From: Bdellovibrionota bacterium
Lineage (GTDB): Bacteria; Bdellovibrionota_C; UBA2361; OMIW01
Reading direction: 5' to 3'
NCBI GenBank assembly: GCA_044345055.1
Contig: JBIJBT010000020.1
Span: 1-38,186 of the forward strand
DNA: 38,186 bases
Shown: positions 9,373 to 17,834 of the stretch, piece after piece
How the letters are laid out: each line of letters begins with the position of its first letter
How positions within the stretch are numbered: the stretch's first letter is position 1
Notes under the pieces: generated by a model
What the model was told of the DNA's origin: nothing
Seen by the model: the letters and a program-made list of their open reading frames with translations, nothing else
Databases searched by the model: none
Position numbers and translations under genes: made by a program

Positions 9373-9570
9373 AGCACCTCTTTACTAGTTGACAATACTA
9401 CTGAAAAACAACACTAAACAAAATTTGGCGAGCTCGAACTTGGACGACCCTACACGATCCAACACGCGCCCCATGTTACCGCGCCTCATGTTACGCTGTC
9501 TGCGGCTTTAGCTTAGAGAGCCGAGCAGCTTTATACAAGCTGACACAAAGTACTCGCCATGGAGGTCGAG

Positions 9571-9598
9571 ATTTTACCCAACTTTCGATAAAAATCAA
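9571..9598 (-). promoter_or_regulatory. Putative sigma70 promoter for rplY-pth-rpsF-rplI
   Basis: Minus strand TTGATT (9598-9593)-N16-TAAAAT (9576-9571), about 200 nt upstream of the rplY start. Confidence 0.45.
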
Positions 9599-9681
9599 TC
9601 ATCAGCGCCAATTAATTTCTTGGATTAGGCTCAGATGGATTTAAAATTCGGCTGAATAGCTCCTTAAAGCAACGCCTTCTC

Positions 9682-10635
9682 CTATTCGCACAAACTACTG
9701 ACCGAATCATCCGAATGGATTCGGCGAATCGCTTCCGCGAAAAGAGGAGCTATTGATAACACGGTTATTTTTGATGATCGTGCTAACCGTTCCTCTGACA
9801 TAGGGATTGAATCAGTTATCACGACTCTCTCAAGAGGCGAGGCCTCTATCCGCTCAATCGCCTCCCCTGAGAGAACTCCATGAGTGGCCACCGCTACGAC
9901 ACGCTTTGCGCCAGCACCGACGAGAGTTACTGCCGCTTTGCAAAGAGTCGATGCGGTATCGATCATGTCATCGACGATCACACAGGTGCGTCCCTGCACG
10001 TCGCCGACTACCCTCATCTCAGCGACGTGGTTCGGGCGGGTACGTCTTTTGTCGATTATCGCCATCGGGGTATTGTCGAGCCGAGTTGCAAAGATTCGGG
10101 CTCGCTCAACCCCACCTGCATCGGGTGATACCGTCGTTACTTCATCGGCAGTGCCGTAATGGGTCCGCATGAAGGGACACAGAATCGGAAAGGCATTCAG
10201 ATTGTCGACGGGAATATTGAAGAATCCCATGATCTGGCCCGAATGAAGGTCGGCGGCCAATATGCGGGAGGCGCCAGCTACCGTGAGCAGATCGGCGACT
10301 AATTTTGCAGTAATTGGGACTCTCGGTTTTACCTTGCGGTCTTGGCGAGCGTAACCAAAATAAGGCATCACCGCTGTAACTCTCGATGCCGAGGCTCGCT
10401 TCAGTGCATCGAGGATTATAAGAAGCTCCATTAAATGCTCGTTGCATGGAGTGCAGGTGCTTTGAATCACAAAGACATCGCGGCCACGGACGTTATCTTT
10501 GATATCGACATTCAACTCACCATCGCTGAACGGCATCACCTCGAGTCCTGCGAGTGGGAGGCCAAGCGCTTCGCATATTGCCCTGCCGAAAGCTGGATTG
10601 GAGCGCCCTGAGAATATAACGAGCTTGCGGGACAC
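9682..10635 (-). CDS. prs: Ribose-phosphate pyrophosphokinase
   Basis: FSDGE, PYFGYARQDRK, DLHSGQI, VSPDAGG and VDDMIDTASTL (PRPP-binding loop). Confidence 0.98.
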   Translation of the reverse strand: MSRKLVIFSGRSNPAFGRAICEALGLPLAGLEVMPFSDGELNVDIKDNVRGRDVFVIQSTCTPCNEHLMELLIILDALKRASASRVTAVMPYFGYARQDRKVKPRVPITAKLVADLLTVAGASRILAADLHSGQIMGFFNIPVDNLNAFPILCPFMRTHYGTADEVTTVSPDAGGVERARIFATRLDNTPMAIIDKRRTRPNHVAEMRVVGDVQGRTCVIVDDMIDTASTLCKAAVTLVGAGAKRVVAVATHGVLSGEAIERIEASPLERVVITDSIPMSEERLARSSKITVLSIAPLFAEAIRRIHSDDSVSSLCE

Positions 10636-10827
10636 AGGAACCCTTACGTTTGCGGGACAAGAAAAACTTTAACACGGTTGGTGCGAACTCGCCGAGCAGA
10701 ACCGTTGGTGCTGCACGCGAACACGACTGACGTGTCAAAGACTAAATACTTTTAGGGAGCGGGGATTTAACGATTTGGATGACTTTGGCGCCAATACGGT
10801 CAAAGAACCTTTACACCGTCAAAGAAA

Positions 10828-10899
10828 CTGGCGGGGCAGGGGTCGAACCTGCGAATGCCGGGATCAAAACCCGGTGCCTTACCACTTGGCGACCCGCCA
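10828..10899 (-). tRNA. tRNA-Gln (anticodon UUG), CCA not encoded
   Basis: Minus strand reads TGGCGGGTCGCCAAGTGGTAAGGCACCGGGTTTTGATCCCGGCATTCGCAGGTTCGACCCCTGCCCCGCCAG. Acceptor stem TGGCGGG/CCCGCCA; anticodon arm CCGGG-TTTTGAT-CCCGG; usual position upstream of prs. Confidence 0.97.
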
Positions 10900-10979
10900 T
10901 CACTGCTTACATTTTAAAATTTAACACAGACCCAGACCATTAATTAACCGACCGTGTGCTGCGTGTAATTTGCTTTTCC

Positions 10980-10988
10980 TGTTATAAT
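10980..10988 (+). promoter_or_regulatory. Extended -10 element upstream of the Rsm22-family gene
   Basis: TG-T-TATAAT at 10980-10988, about 95 nt before ATG 11083. The TTATAA core is palindromic and could also serve the divergent tRNA. Confidence 0.4.
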
Positions 10989-11082
10989 CGAAAGCCCCTC
11001 GTCAAAACAAGAGGGTGTCATCAAAAAGTGCTCAGTTTTCAGCGCCCACTCCAAAAAAGCACCTCTCATAAACGGCGTTATC

Positions 11083-12105
11083 ATGCAAATACCACCCTTA
11101 CTTCGAGCTGCGATCGATGAGGCTTTGAACGGTCACGGCTTCGGCGATCTCCAACGAGATTTTCAACAGCTATCGGCGGCTTATGCACGGGGGCGCGGAG
11201 AGGCACCATTTGTCGATTCTGAAAAGAAAGTGCTTGCATACATTGCAACCCGAATGCCATCAATTTATGTAGTACTACGGGCGATTTTGGGTGAGATCGA
11301 AAGCCGATTTCCCGAGACACCTCCTCGCTCGCTCATTGATGTCGGAGCTGGGCCAGGGACCGTCCTGTGGGCGGCCTCTCAAATCTGGGAGACTCTGTGC
11401 ACCGTGCGGCTTTTCGACCATAGCGCCCTGTTTCGAAATGTGGGCCAGAGATTGGTCGCCACATCTGGTCACCACCTTAAAGAAATAATCTCGTGGGAAG
11501 AGCTCGATCTTCGGACTCAACCATTATCTCTGCCGGCAAGCGTGTCTCTTCCAGCAAGCGCTGACCTTGTGACGGCTTCATATGTTCTCGGAGAGCTCTC
11601 GGCTCCCGCTCAGCGAACGACTGTACTGTCCCTCTGGGCCGCGACTGATCGCTGGCTAACGCTAGTCGAACCAGGCACACCTGATGGGTTCCGACGAATC
11701 CTCGAAGCCCGTTCCCTTCTCCTCGAACAGGGTGCCCACATTGTTGCGCCGTGTGCAGCAGCAAACGATTGTCCCCTACCCGCTCATCGATGGTGTCACT
11801 TCACTCGACGGGTCGAGCGCACCAGAGCGCAGCGCGCGGGCAAGGCTGCAACTCTTGGATTCGAGGATGAGCCGTATTCATTCCTTATTTGTTCAAAAAT
11901 CCCTCCTCCCCCGATTCGCGGGCGAGTTCTTTCGACTCCTACGGTGCTCAAGCACGAAGCATCGATTGAGCTGTGCGACAATGAAAACAAACTTACCAAA
12001 ATCACTGCCCGCAAAAGCTCCACACCTGCCCGCTTTCGGGAATTAGCAAAAAAGTATCGCTGGGGAGATTTTGTAACGGAGCTCAGTGAAACTGACCCTA
12101 TTTGA
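11083..12105 (+). CDS. Rsm22/METTL17-family (small ribosomal subunit) SAM-dependent methyltransferase-like protein
   Basis: LAYIATRMP, SAM motif LIDVGAGPGT, DLVTASYVLGEL, LVEPGTPDGF, APC…CPL…WCHF and EDEPYSFL. Confidence 0.88.
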   Translation: MQIPPLLRAAIDEALNGHGFGDLQRDFQQLSAAYARGRGEAPFVDSEKKVLAYIATRMPSIYVVLRAILGEIESRFPETPPRSLIDVGAGPGTVLWAASQIWETLCTVRLFDHSALFRNVGQRLVATSGHHLKEIISWEELDLRTQPLSLPASVSLPASADLVTASYVLGELSAPAQRTTVLSLWAATDRWLTLVEPGTPDGFRRILEARSLLLEQGAHIVAPCAAANDCPLPAHRWCHFTRRVERTRAQRAGKAATLGFEDEPYSFLICSKIPPPPIRGRVLSTPTVLKHEASIELCDNENKLTKITARKSSTPARFRELAKKYRWGDFVTELSETDPI

Positions 12106-12288
12106 TTGTTATCAGAAGTGGATCATTAGCACATCATTTTTCACCACCCTGTTAAGGCTCATCCGATGCCACCGAGATATGTGGTCGAACAGAGCCAGGA
12201 TCTTCCTCTTTACAACTCAAGTGGTAGGCAGGGCAGCGCACAAAGTACAGCGATATTTTGCAGTAGTTTTCGTTGGCCAAGTCTCTTA

Positions 12289-15015
12289 TCACTGGTCGGA
12301 TGATTTTGGTTCAAATCGCCTCACCAGTCCCTCGAAAGTCGCACTATCTCCAATTACATCATGCGGAACAAGAATGTATCGCCATGAGGTTCTCGTTGCT
12401 TTTGTCGCCGATTCGCACCATTTAATTGCAGCGTTTTTCTTGTCGATTACATCAGGATGCGCCATATCACTGGACCGTTTTACCTCGAAAAGGTAGCGCC
12501 CATCTTTTGTTTCAGCAACAAAGTCGGGCTGATAACTCTGATCGTGTTTAAAATCAATCGAAAAAACTCTTGAAGGAGGTCGAAGCCACTTGATAACGGC
12601 ATCCTCCCTTTCAAAAAGTACCGCTAGTAGCCGTTCGGAATCCGAATCGAATTTGATTGCTGGGTAAAAGCACTTCCTGAAACCCGCGAATATCATATTC
12701 CGCATATCCTTTGGATTGCTCACGGGGGCCCGAAAGTCTCGAAACGGTTCGCTCTGAGGGATTGTAAAATGGCAATTTTCAAGCGTCGTAAAACCTTTGG
12801 CTGGCTTCGCCTCAAATCCCGAGCTGACCTGCTCATAGTGATCCTGCATCTGTGCATGGATTAGCTCGACAACCTGCTTGTTATAGTAAAGAAGGACGTT
12901 ACGCACCTCATCATCGGCAGAGAGATAACTTCTTAGGTATTGGATCATCTGACCGGAAAGCTTGTAGAGAAGGTCAGCATGCTCATCGTAATTGACATCA
13001 TTAAAATCCATCAATCCTGAGACGATATAGTCAGCGAGATTTCGTTGATCGGTAAGGATAGTCGCACGGAGATATCGCCGAGCATCATCTTCAAGGGATT
13101 GAATAAGAATTTCCTGATCGACCGGCTGCCATCGTGCGGTTGGGAACTCAAGATCGAAATCCTTAAATCTTGATGAAACGGGCCCATCAGGAACAACTAT
13201 GATTCGAGGGATGTCAATCGCATAAGAGGAGTAATACTGGGCGGTTTCCATTGCGACGAAATGAATATCAATTAGGGGCGAGATATATTCATCTTGATCC
13301 TGTCGACGCGAACCGATAGTGGCTGAAACCTTCTCGACTATCTCCCTCTGAATACTTGGCTGTAAGAGATCGTGAGAACTGGGGAGGCGCTCAAAATCCT
13401 TTATCGCAAGTAAGGTAGCCTCCTGGATCTCCTCATGCAGACTCAAAGATATTCGTTCATTCGAAGTATCGATATCTGTAGCATTGATCTCTGGAGTTGA
13501 GTAAAGCACTGCTCTCCCGTCAACAACCAAATCACGATCTCCCACTTTACCGAGGAAAATCGGTCGGACGGTGACCGAGCGCATCCCATCGTCTGGAATA
13601 TCTCTCCCGATGACTATCCCCCGACGAATGATTGAATCAGCGTCCCGTGCCCGTTTTACGATCTCTTCGAACCTGTCATGCGAAACGATCGTAAGGGTAT
13701 CAACTGGATCGACACCCGTCCGTTTACCGTAGGGGAGTCGGAGCCCACGCCCTATTGATTGCTCGACGAGGGTACGTGAGTTGGCGGTGCGCAGAGGAAC
13801 AATCGTGTAGAGGTTTGTTACATCCCATCCCTCAGCGAGCTTGTTTACATGAATGACTATCTCGGTCGGATTCGCTGGATCTTCAACCTCAAGAAGTTTT
13901 CCGACCATTTCATCATGCTCGGCCCCAACCTGTTTCGAATGAACCGTGATCGCTTTACCTTTGTAACGACCATCAAAAAATGATTGGCCCTCTATCAGCG
14001 TGAGTATCGAATTCGCATGCGCTGTATCGGCAGCGACTATCAGCATAAACGGCTTAACACGGGGCTTGCCGTTCTGTTTTGCATATACCTCGAGCTCGGC
14101 CTTTGTTGATTCGTGAATCCGAACGCCGTCTTCAAGCTTGAGCCGTTCGAGGTTATCTTGATCAAATTGCGTAGCGTCAAAATCGGAGCGAGTAGCTACC
14201 GCGGGCTCTTTTACAAAACCATCTCGCATCGCGTCTGGCAGCGAATAGCTATAAACGACATTCCTGAACGGAGTCGCACGAGCCCCCTTCTCTATTTGGG
14301 GAGTCGCCGTCAACTCAATTCCCAAAATTGGGGTAAGTTCATTTATCGCTTTCATACCGGCATCAGCGCGGTATCGGTGAGACTCGTCCATGATAAGGAC
14401 TAGATCGTCTAGCTCGGAGAGAAATTCGAAGTAGCTCTGACCCACATTCTCACTCAGCCGTTTTATTCTGGGCACACTTCGTCCTCGGGACTCAGCATTT
14501 ATCTTTGATATATTAAATAAATTGACCGTGACCGGCTCGAGCGGATCGAGTAATTGGCCGAATCCCGTTGTCCGCAAACCGTGAGGACGTTCATAGTTTT
14601 CACCAGTTACCAATAACGGCTTAGTAATAGCGAATTCGCTGATACCTCGGAAAACATATTTTGGTGAGTTCGGCGAAAAGTCCCCCTTCAACTTCTCATA
14701 AATCGTCAAATTAGGAGCCAGAACAAGGAAATTTTTTATTCCCTCGACAAGAGAAAGGTAGGCAATGCACGCTCCCATCAGCCTCGTCTTGCCAACACCT
14801 GTCGCAAGAGCGAAGCATATTGAGGGGAATTCATGCTCGAAACCCTCAAATGACCCAAACCCCGATTCAGTCTTAAGGATCTCCTCACACGCCCCAATAT
14901 TCGCCCCCTTTTCGAGAGGAAGAAGATTGCAGATTTTTGCTAACGCAACGAGCGATTCCTCCTGAGGCTTACGGAGACTCATGCGCTGGGAGATCGAGGC
15001 GACCTTGTTACTCAT
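12289..15015 (-). CDS. Type III restriction enzyme Res subunit (SF2 helicase plus PD-(D/E)XK nuclease)
   Basis: LATGVGKT (Walker A), DESH, LTATP, EGWDV, QSIGRGLRLP and C-terminal YQPDFVAE…FEVK. Overlaps mod by ATGA. Confidence 0.9.
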   Translation of the reverse strand: MSNKVASISQRMSLRKPQEESLVALAKICNLLPLEKGANIGACEEILKTESGFGSFEGFEHEFPSICFALATGVGKTRLMGACIAYLSLVEGIKNFLVLAPNLTIYEKLKGDFSPNSPKYVFRGISEFAITKPLLVTGENYERPHGLRTTGFGQLLDPLEPVTVNLFNISKINAESRGRSVPRIKRLSENVGQSYFEFLSELDDLVLIMDESHRYRADAGMKAINELTPILGIELTATPQIEKGARATPFRNVVYSYSLPDAMRDGFVKEPAVATRSDFDATQFDQDNLERLKLEDGVRIHESTKAELEVYAKQNGKPRVKPFMLIVAADTAHANSILTLIEGQSFFDGRYKGKAITVHSKQVGAEHDEMVGKLLEVEDPANPTEIVIHVNKLAEGWDVTNLYTIVPLRTANSRTLVEQSIGRGLRLPYGKRTGVDPVDTLTIVSHDRFEEIVKRARDADSIIRRGIVIGRDIPDDGMRSVTVRPIFLGKVGDRDLVVDGRAVLYSTPEINATDIDTSNERISLSLHEEIQEATLLAIKDFERLPSSHDLLQPSIQREIVEKVSATIGSRRQDQDEYISPLIDIHFVAMETAQYYSSYAIDIPRIIVVPDGPVSSRFKDFDLEFPTARWQPVDQEILIQSLEDDARRYLRATILTDQRNLADYIVSGLMDFNDVNYDEHADLLYKLSGQMIQYLRSYLSADDEVRNVLLYYNKQVVELIHAQMQDHYEQVSSGFEAKPAKGFTTLENCHFTIPQSEPFRDFRAPVSNPKDMRNMIFAGFRKCFYPAIKFDSDSERLLAVLFEREDAVIKWLRPPSRVFSIDFKHDQSYQPDFVAETKDGRYLFEVKRSSDMAHPDVIDKKNAAIKWCESATKATRTSWRYILVPHDVIGDSATFEGLVRRFEPKSSDQ

Positions 15016-16715
15016 GAGTGATCCCCCTCGATAATACTAAAGAGACTCGGAAGCTCATCCATCATAGCCCGGCGGTCCTTTTTGTTGCGGACTGGCTTGG
15101 CAGGTTTCTGCTCGACTTCGGAGGGCGTAACCACAGACTTTTCCGCGCATGCGAGATTATTTACCGTCAAACTATAGTCGTCTCGTCCCCACTCACATCG
15201 GGAGAGAACTGACTTGGGTATTTTGCGGATCGTCATATTCGGATATTGATCAGCTGACCCACGAAAAGCTCCGCAACAAACGAGCAAAGATCGACTATCA
15301 CCAACCTCATCGCTCAGATGGGCGAGCTGCTCGTGGGTAAGGGTCTGGGTGGTTACGTAGATGAAGTCACGTTCTGTGGAGTAGCCGTGCTGCCAGAAGT
15401 GAGTATCGCTTGGGGCATAGGTAAAGCCGTTGAGTTTGCAGACGGCTTCGGCGAGCATGGCAGAGTTGTAGCTGCTGCTAATAACCCAGTTGCCCCACGA
15501 GTCTTGTTGCAGGAGAGACGGGGCGAGGCGGTAATAGCGAAAGCCTCCGCCGCCTTGCCAGTTGACTGATTCGGTGATGCCCCCTTTATCTTCGCCGTCG
15601 ATGACTTTTTGGAGGCGGGGGATTATGTGGGTGTGGCAGTGCTCGCCAAGTTCGACCATGATCCAGCGACGGCCCATCTTGTGGGCGACAGCGCCGGTGG
15701 TGCCGGAACCGGCGAAGGAGTCTAGGATTAGGTCGCCGGGGTTGGAAGAAAGGGAGATTATACGACTTAGCAGCTTCTCCGGCTTCGGCGTTTGAAAGAC
15801 GTCTTGGTCGCCAAACATTGCTTTTAAATGAATGCTAGCCTCCTTGTTGTTTCCAGCCTCCTCATGGCGCCACCACGTTGTTGGTGTTAGGCCATTTATC
15901 ATTTCATGGAGATATTTCTTGAGCATCGGGCGACCATCGCCCTTCAATCCAAAGGTGATTCGTCCCTCGGCCAAATAGGCTTTAAACTGTGATTCATTGC
16001 ATCGCCAGTATCTACCCTTAGGGGGAGTAAACTGCTTTCCCGTAGGTCCAATAATTTCAAACTGTCCAGCCGAATAGAATTTACCAGCCGATAAATTCTC
16101 TGCCTTCCATGGCCCACGTGGATCGTTATCCGGATTTGTGAATTTCTGCTTTTGATCCTCTGTTCGCTCAAGCTTACCAAGGGTTACCGATTGAAAATCC
16201 TTCGCAAACACCAGAATGTGATCGTGTGTGTTGGAGAAGTGCTTGGCCGTTTGGTTGGCAGTATATGCCTTCTCCCAGACGATGTTAGCAACAAAATTTG
16301 CACGCCCAAAAATCTCATCGCATAAAACTTTGAGATAAGCTGCCTCGTTGTCATCGATTGTAATCCAGATGCACCCATCATCGGAGAGCATCGTCTTCAA
16401 TATTTCCAGGCGATCTCGTATCAGGCTCAACCATATTGAGTGTTCCTTGCCATCCTCATAATCTCGAAACGCACTCCCCGTGTTATACGGCGGATCAATA
16501 AACACACACTTAACCTTCCCCGTAAACTCCGCCTCCAACGCCTTCAACGCCAACAAATTATCCCCAAAAATAAGCCTATTATCGAAGATATCATTCTCAC
16601 CAACCCGCGCCTTAGCGTGATACGACTTATCAGTATCCTCAAGCAGTATCCGGGGCTCCAGCTTTGGCCGCTCGTCTTTGCCGATCCAGGTTAGTTCCAA
16701 CTTCTGCTTTTTCAT
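15012..16715 (-). CDS. Type III R-M Mod subunit (beta-class amino-methyltransferase)
   Basis: KLELTWIGK, LIFGDNL, IDPPYNTG (motif IV), TPKPEKLL and LDSFAGSGTTGAVAHKMGRRWI (motif I), with a TRD between the motifs. Confidence 0.93.
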   Translation of the reverse strand: MKKQKLELTWIGKDERPKLEPRILLEDTDKSYHAKARVGENDIFDNRLIFGDNLLALKALEAEFTGKVKCVFIDPPYNTGSAFRDYEDGKEHSIWLSLIRDRLEILKTMLSDDGCIWITIDDNEAAYLKVLCDEIFGRANFVANIVWEKAYTANQTAKHFSNTHDHILVFAKDFQSVTLGKLERTEDQKQKFTNPDNDPRGPWKAENLSAGKFYSAGQFEIIGPTGKQFTPPKGRYWRCNESQFKAYLAEGRITFGLKGDGRPMLKKYLHEMINGLTPTTWWRHEEAGNNKEASIHLKAMFGDQDVFQTPKPEKLLSRIISLSSNPGDLILDSFAGSGTTGAVAHKMGRRWIMVELGEHCHTHIIPRLQKVIDGEDKGGITESVNWQGGGGFRYYRLAPSLLQQDSWGNWVISSSYNSAMLAEAVCKLNGFTYAPSDTHFWQHGYSTERDFIYVTTQTLTHEQLAHLSDEVGDSRSLLVCCGAFRGSADQYPNMTIRKIPKSVLSRCEWGRDDYSLTVNNLACAEKSVVTPSEVEQKPAKPVRNKKDRRAMMDELPSLFSIIEGDHS

Positions 16716-17834
16716 CTCTTTCCTCTCTCAAACCTCTGTCGACTCTTTTCTAGCTCTGCTGCCAATACCTTCTCGTCAGGCAAGGCCATCTTATATTCCG
16801 CCGCTAAAACTTTATTGTTGAGACCCTCAAGCGCATACTTTGCCAGGGTGGCATCCTTTGAAGCGCATAATATCAGCCCCACTGGTGGATTCTCGTCAGG
16901 ATGGGTCCATTGCGCGCGAGCGTAGTTTAAATACAGGTGCATCTGACCAACATCCGCGTGGGTCAGTCTACCTATCTTTAAATCGATGATGACGAGACAG
17001 CGTAATCGCCGATGAAAGAACACTAGGTCGACCCGGTACCACTCATTGCCAATTCGCAACCGTTTCTGCTTGCCGACAAAAGCAAAGTCACCGCCAAGCT
17101 CAAGAAGAAAATCTTCAAGCTGATGAACGAGCGCCTCTTCAAGGTCGTTCTCTGAATACTCGTCTTTCAGATCAAGAAACTCTAAAACAAAAGGGTCTTT
17201 GATCTCTTCCTCCACAGAGACAAGATCCCCAGGCACAGCTTTTTGTCCCTTTTTTTAGCATTGCCGCTTTATTGCGTGATAGGAGCGTTCTTTCATAGAA
17301 CTGGCTGTCAATCTGTCTAGTAAGCTGCCGCTTCGACCAACCACCTCGAATCGCCTCCTGCTCATAAAAACGTCGTGCTTCTTTGTTCTTTACGGGAAGC
17401 AGCTCAACGTAGTGTGACCAGGGTAGTGGAAATGGGGCGTGCAATACAGCAGACAATGGCTGTTGAATTAGATAGTTCAATGAGATCAGCTGGTTAGAGC
17501 TACTTGTGGGACATTCAGCAGCCACCGGCTGCTGAATGTCCCACTCTAGATAAAACGTACGCATCAGACGGAGGTTTGTTACTGAGAAGCCTCTTCCAAA
17601 TCGTGCCGTCAGATCAGCAGCCAAGGTGGCTAATAGCTCTTTACCGTAGTGGGCTCTTCGTTTACCGGCCTGTTCATGTCTAATAATTCTTTTACCCACA
17701 TGCCAATAAGTCACCGCCATTATCGTATTCACCGATCTGGCAGCGCCTTTTCTTCCCGCCTCTAACAGGGTGCTTACATCCTTGAGTAGAACGTTATAGT
17801 CGTCCGCTACAATCTCCAAGCCCTTTTTCTTCAC
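16712..17834 (-). pseudogene. DUF1016/YhcG PD-(D/E)XK nuclease family gene interrupted by a +1 frameshift
   Basis: The N-half (YWHVGKRI, GRGFSVTNLRLMRTFY, LPWSHY, GWSKRQL) is in ORF 17172-17846. The C-half (IKDPFVLEFL, FLLELGGDFAF, VDLVFFHRRLRCLVIIDLK, GQMHLYL) is in ORF 16712-17236. Deleting one A from the A7 run (17250-17256) or the A5 run (17240-17244) joins them into 373 aa. The likely start, GTG 17834, overlaps the helicase TGA. Confidence 0.85.

Noticed and set aside
9426..9445. tRNA-like 3' end (GTTCGAGCTCGCCA) in the rplY leader
   Set aside because: The distance from the T-loop-like motif to CCA is too short for a T-stem plus acceptor stem, and there is no D or anticodon arm.
17250..17256. 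Programmed -1 ribosomal frameshift at A-AAA-AAA-G in the YhcG gene
   Set aside because: Rejoining the two halves needs +1 (loss of one base); a -1 slip enters the wrong frame.
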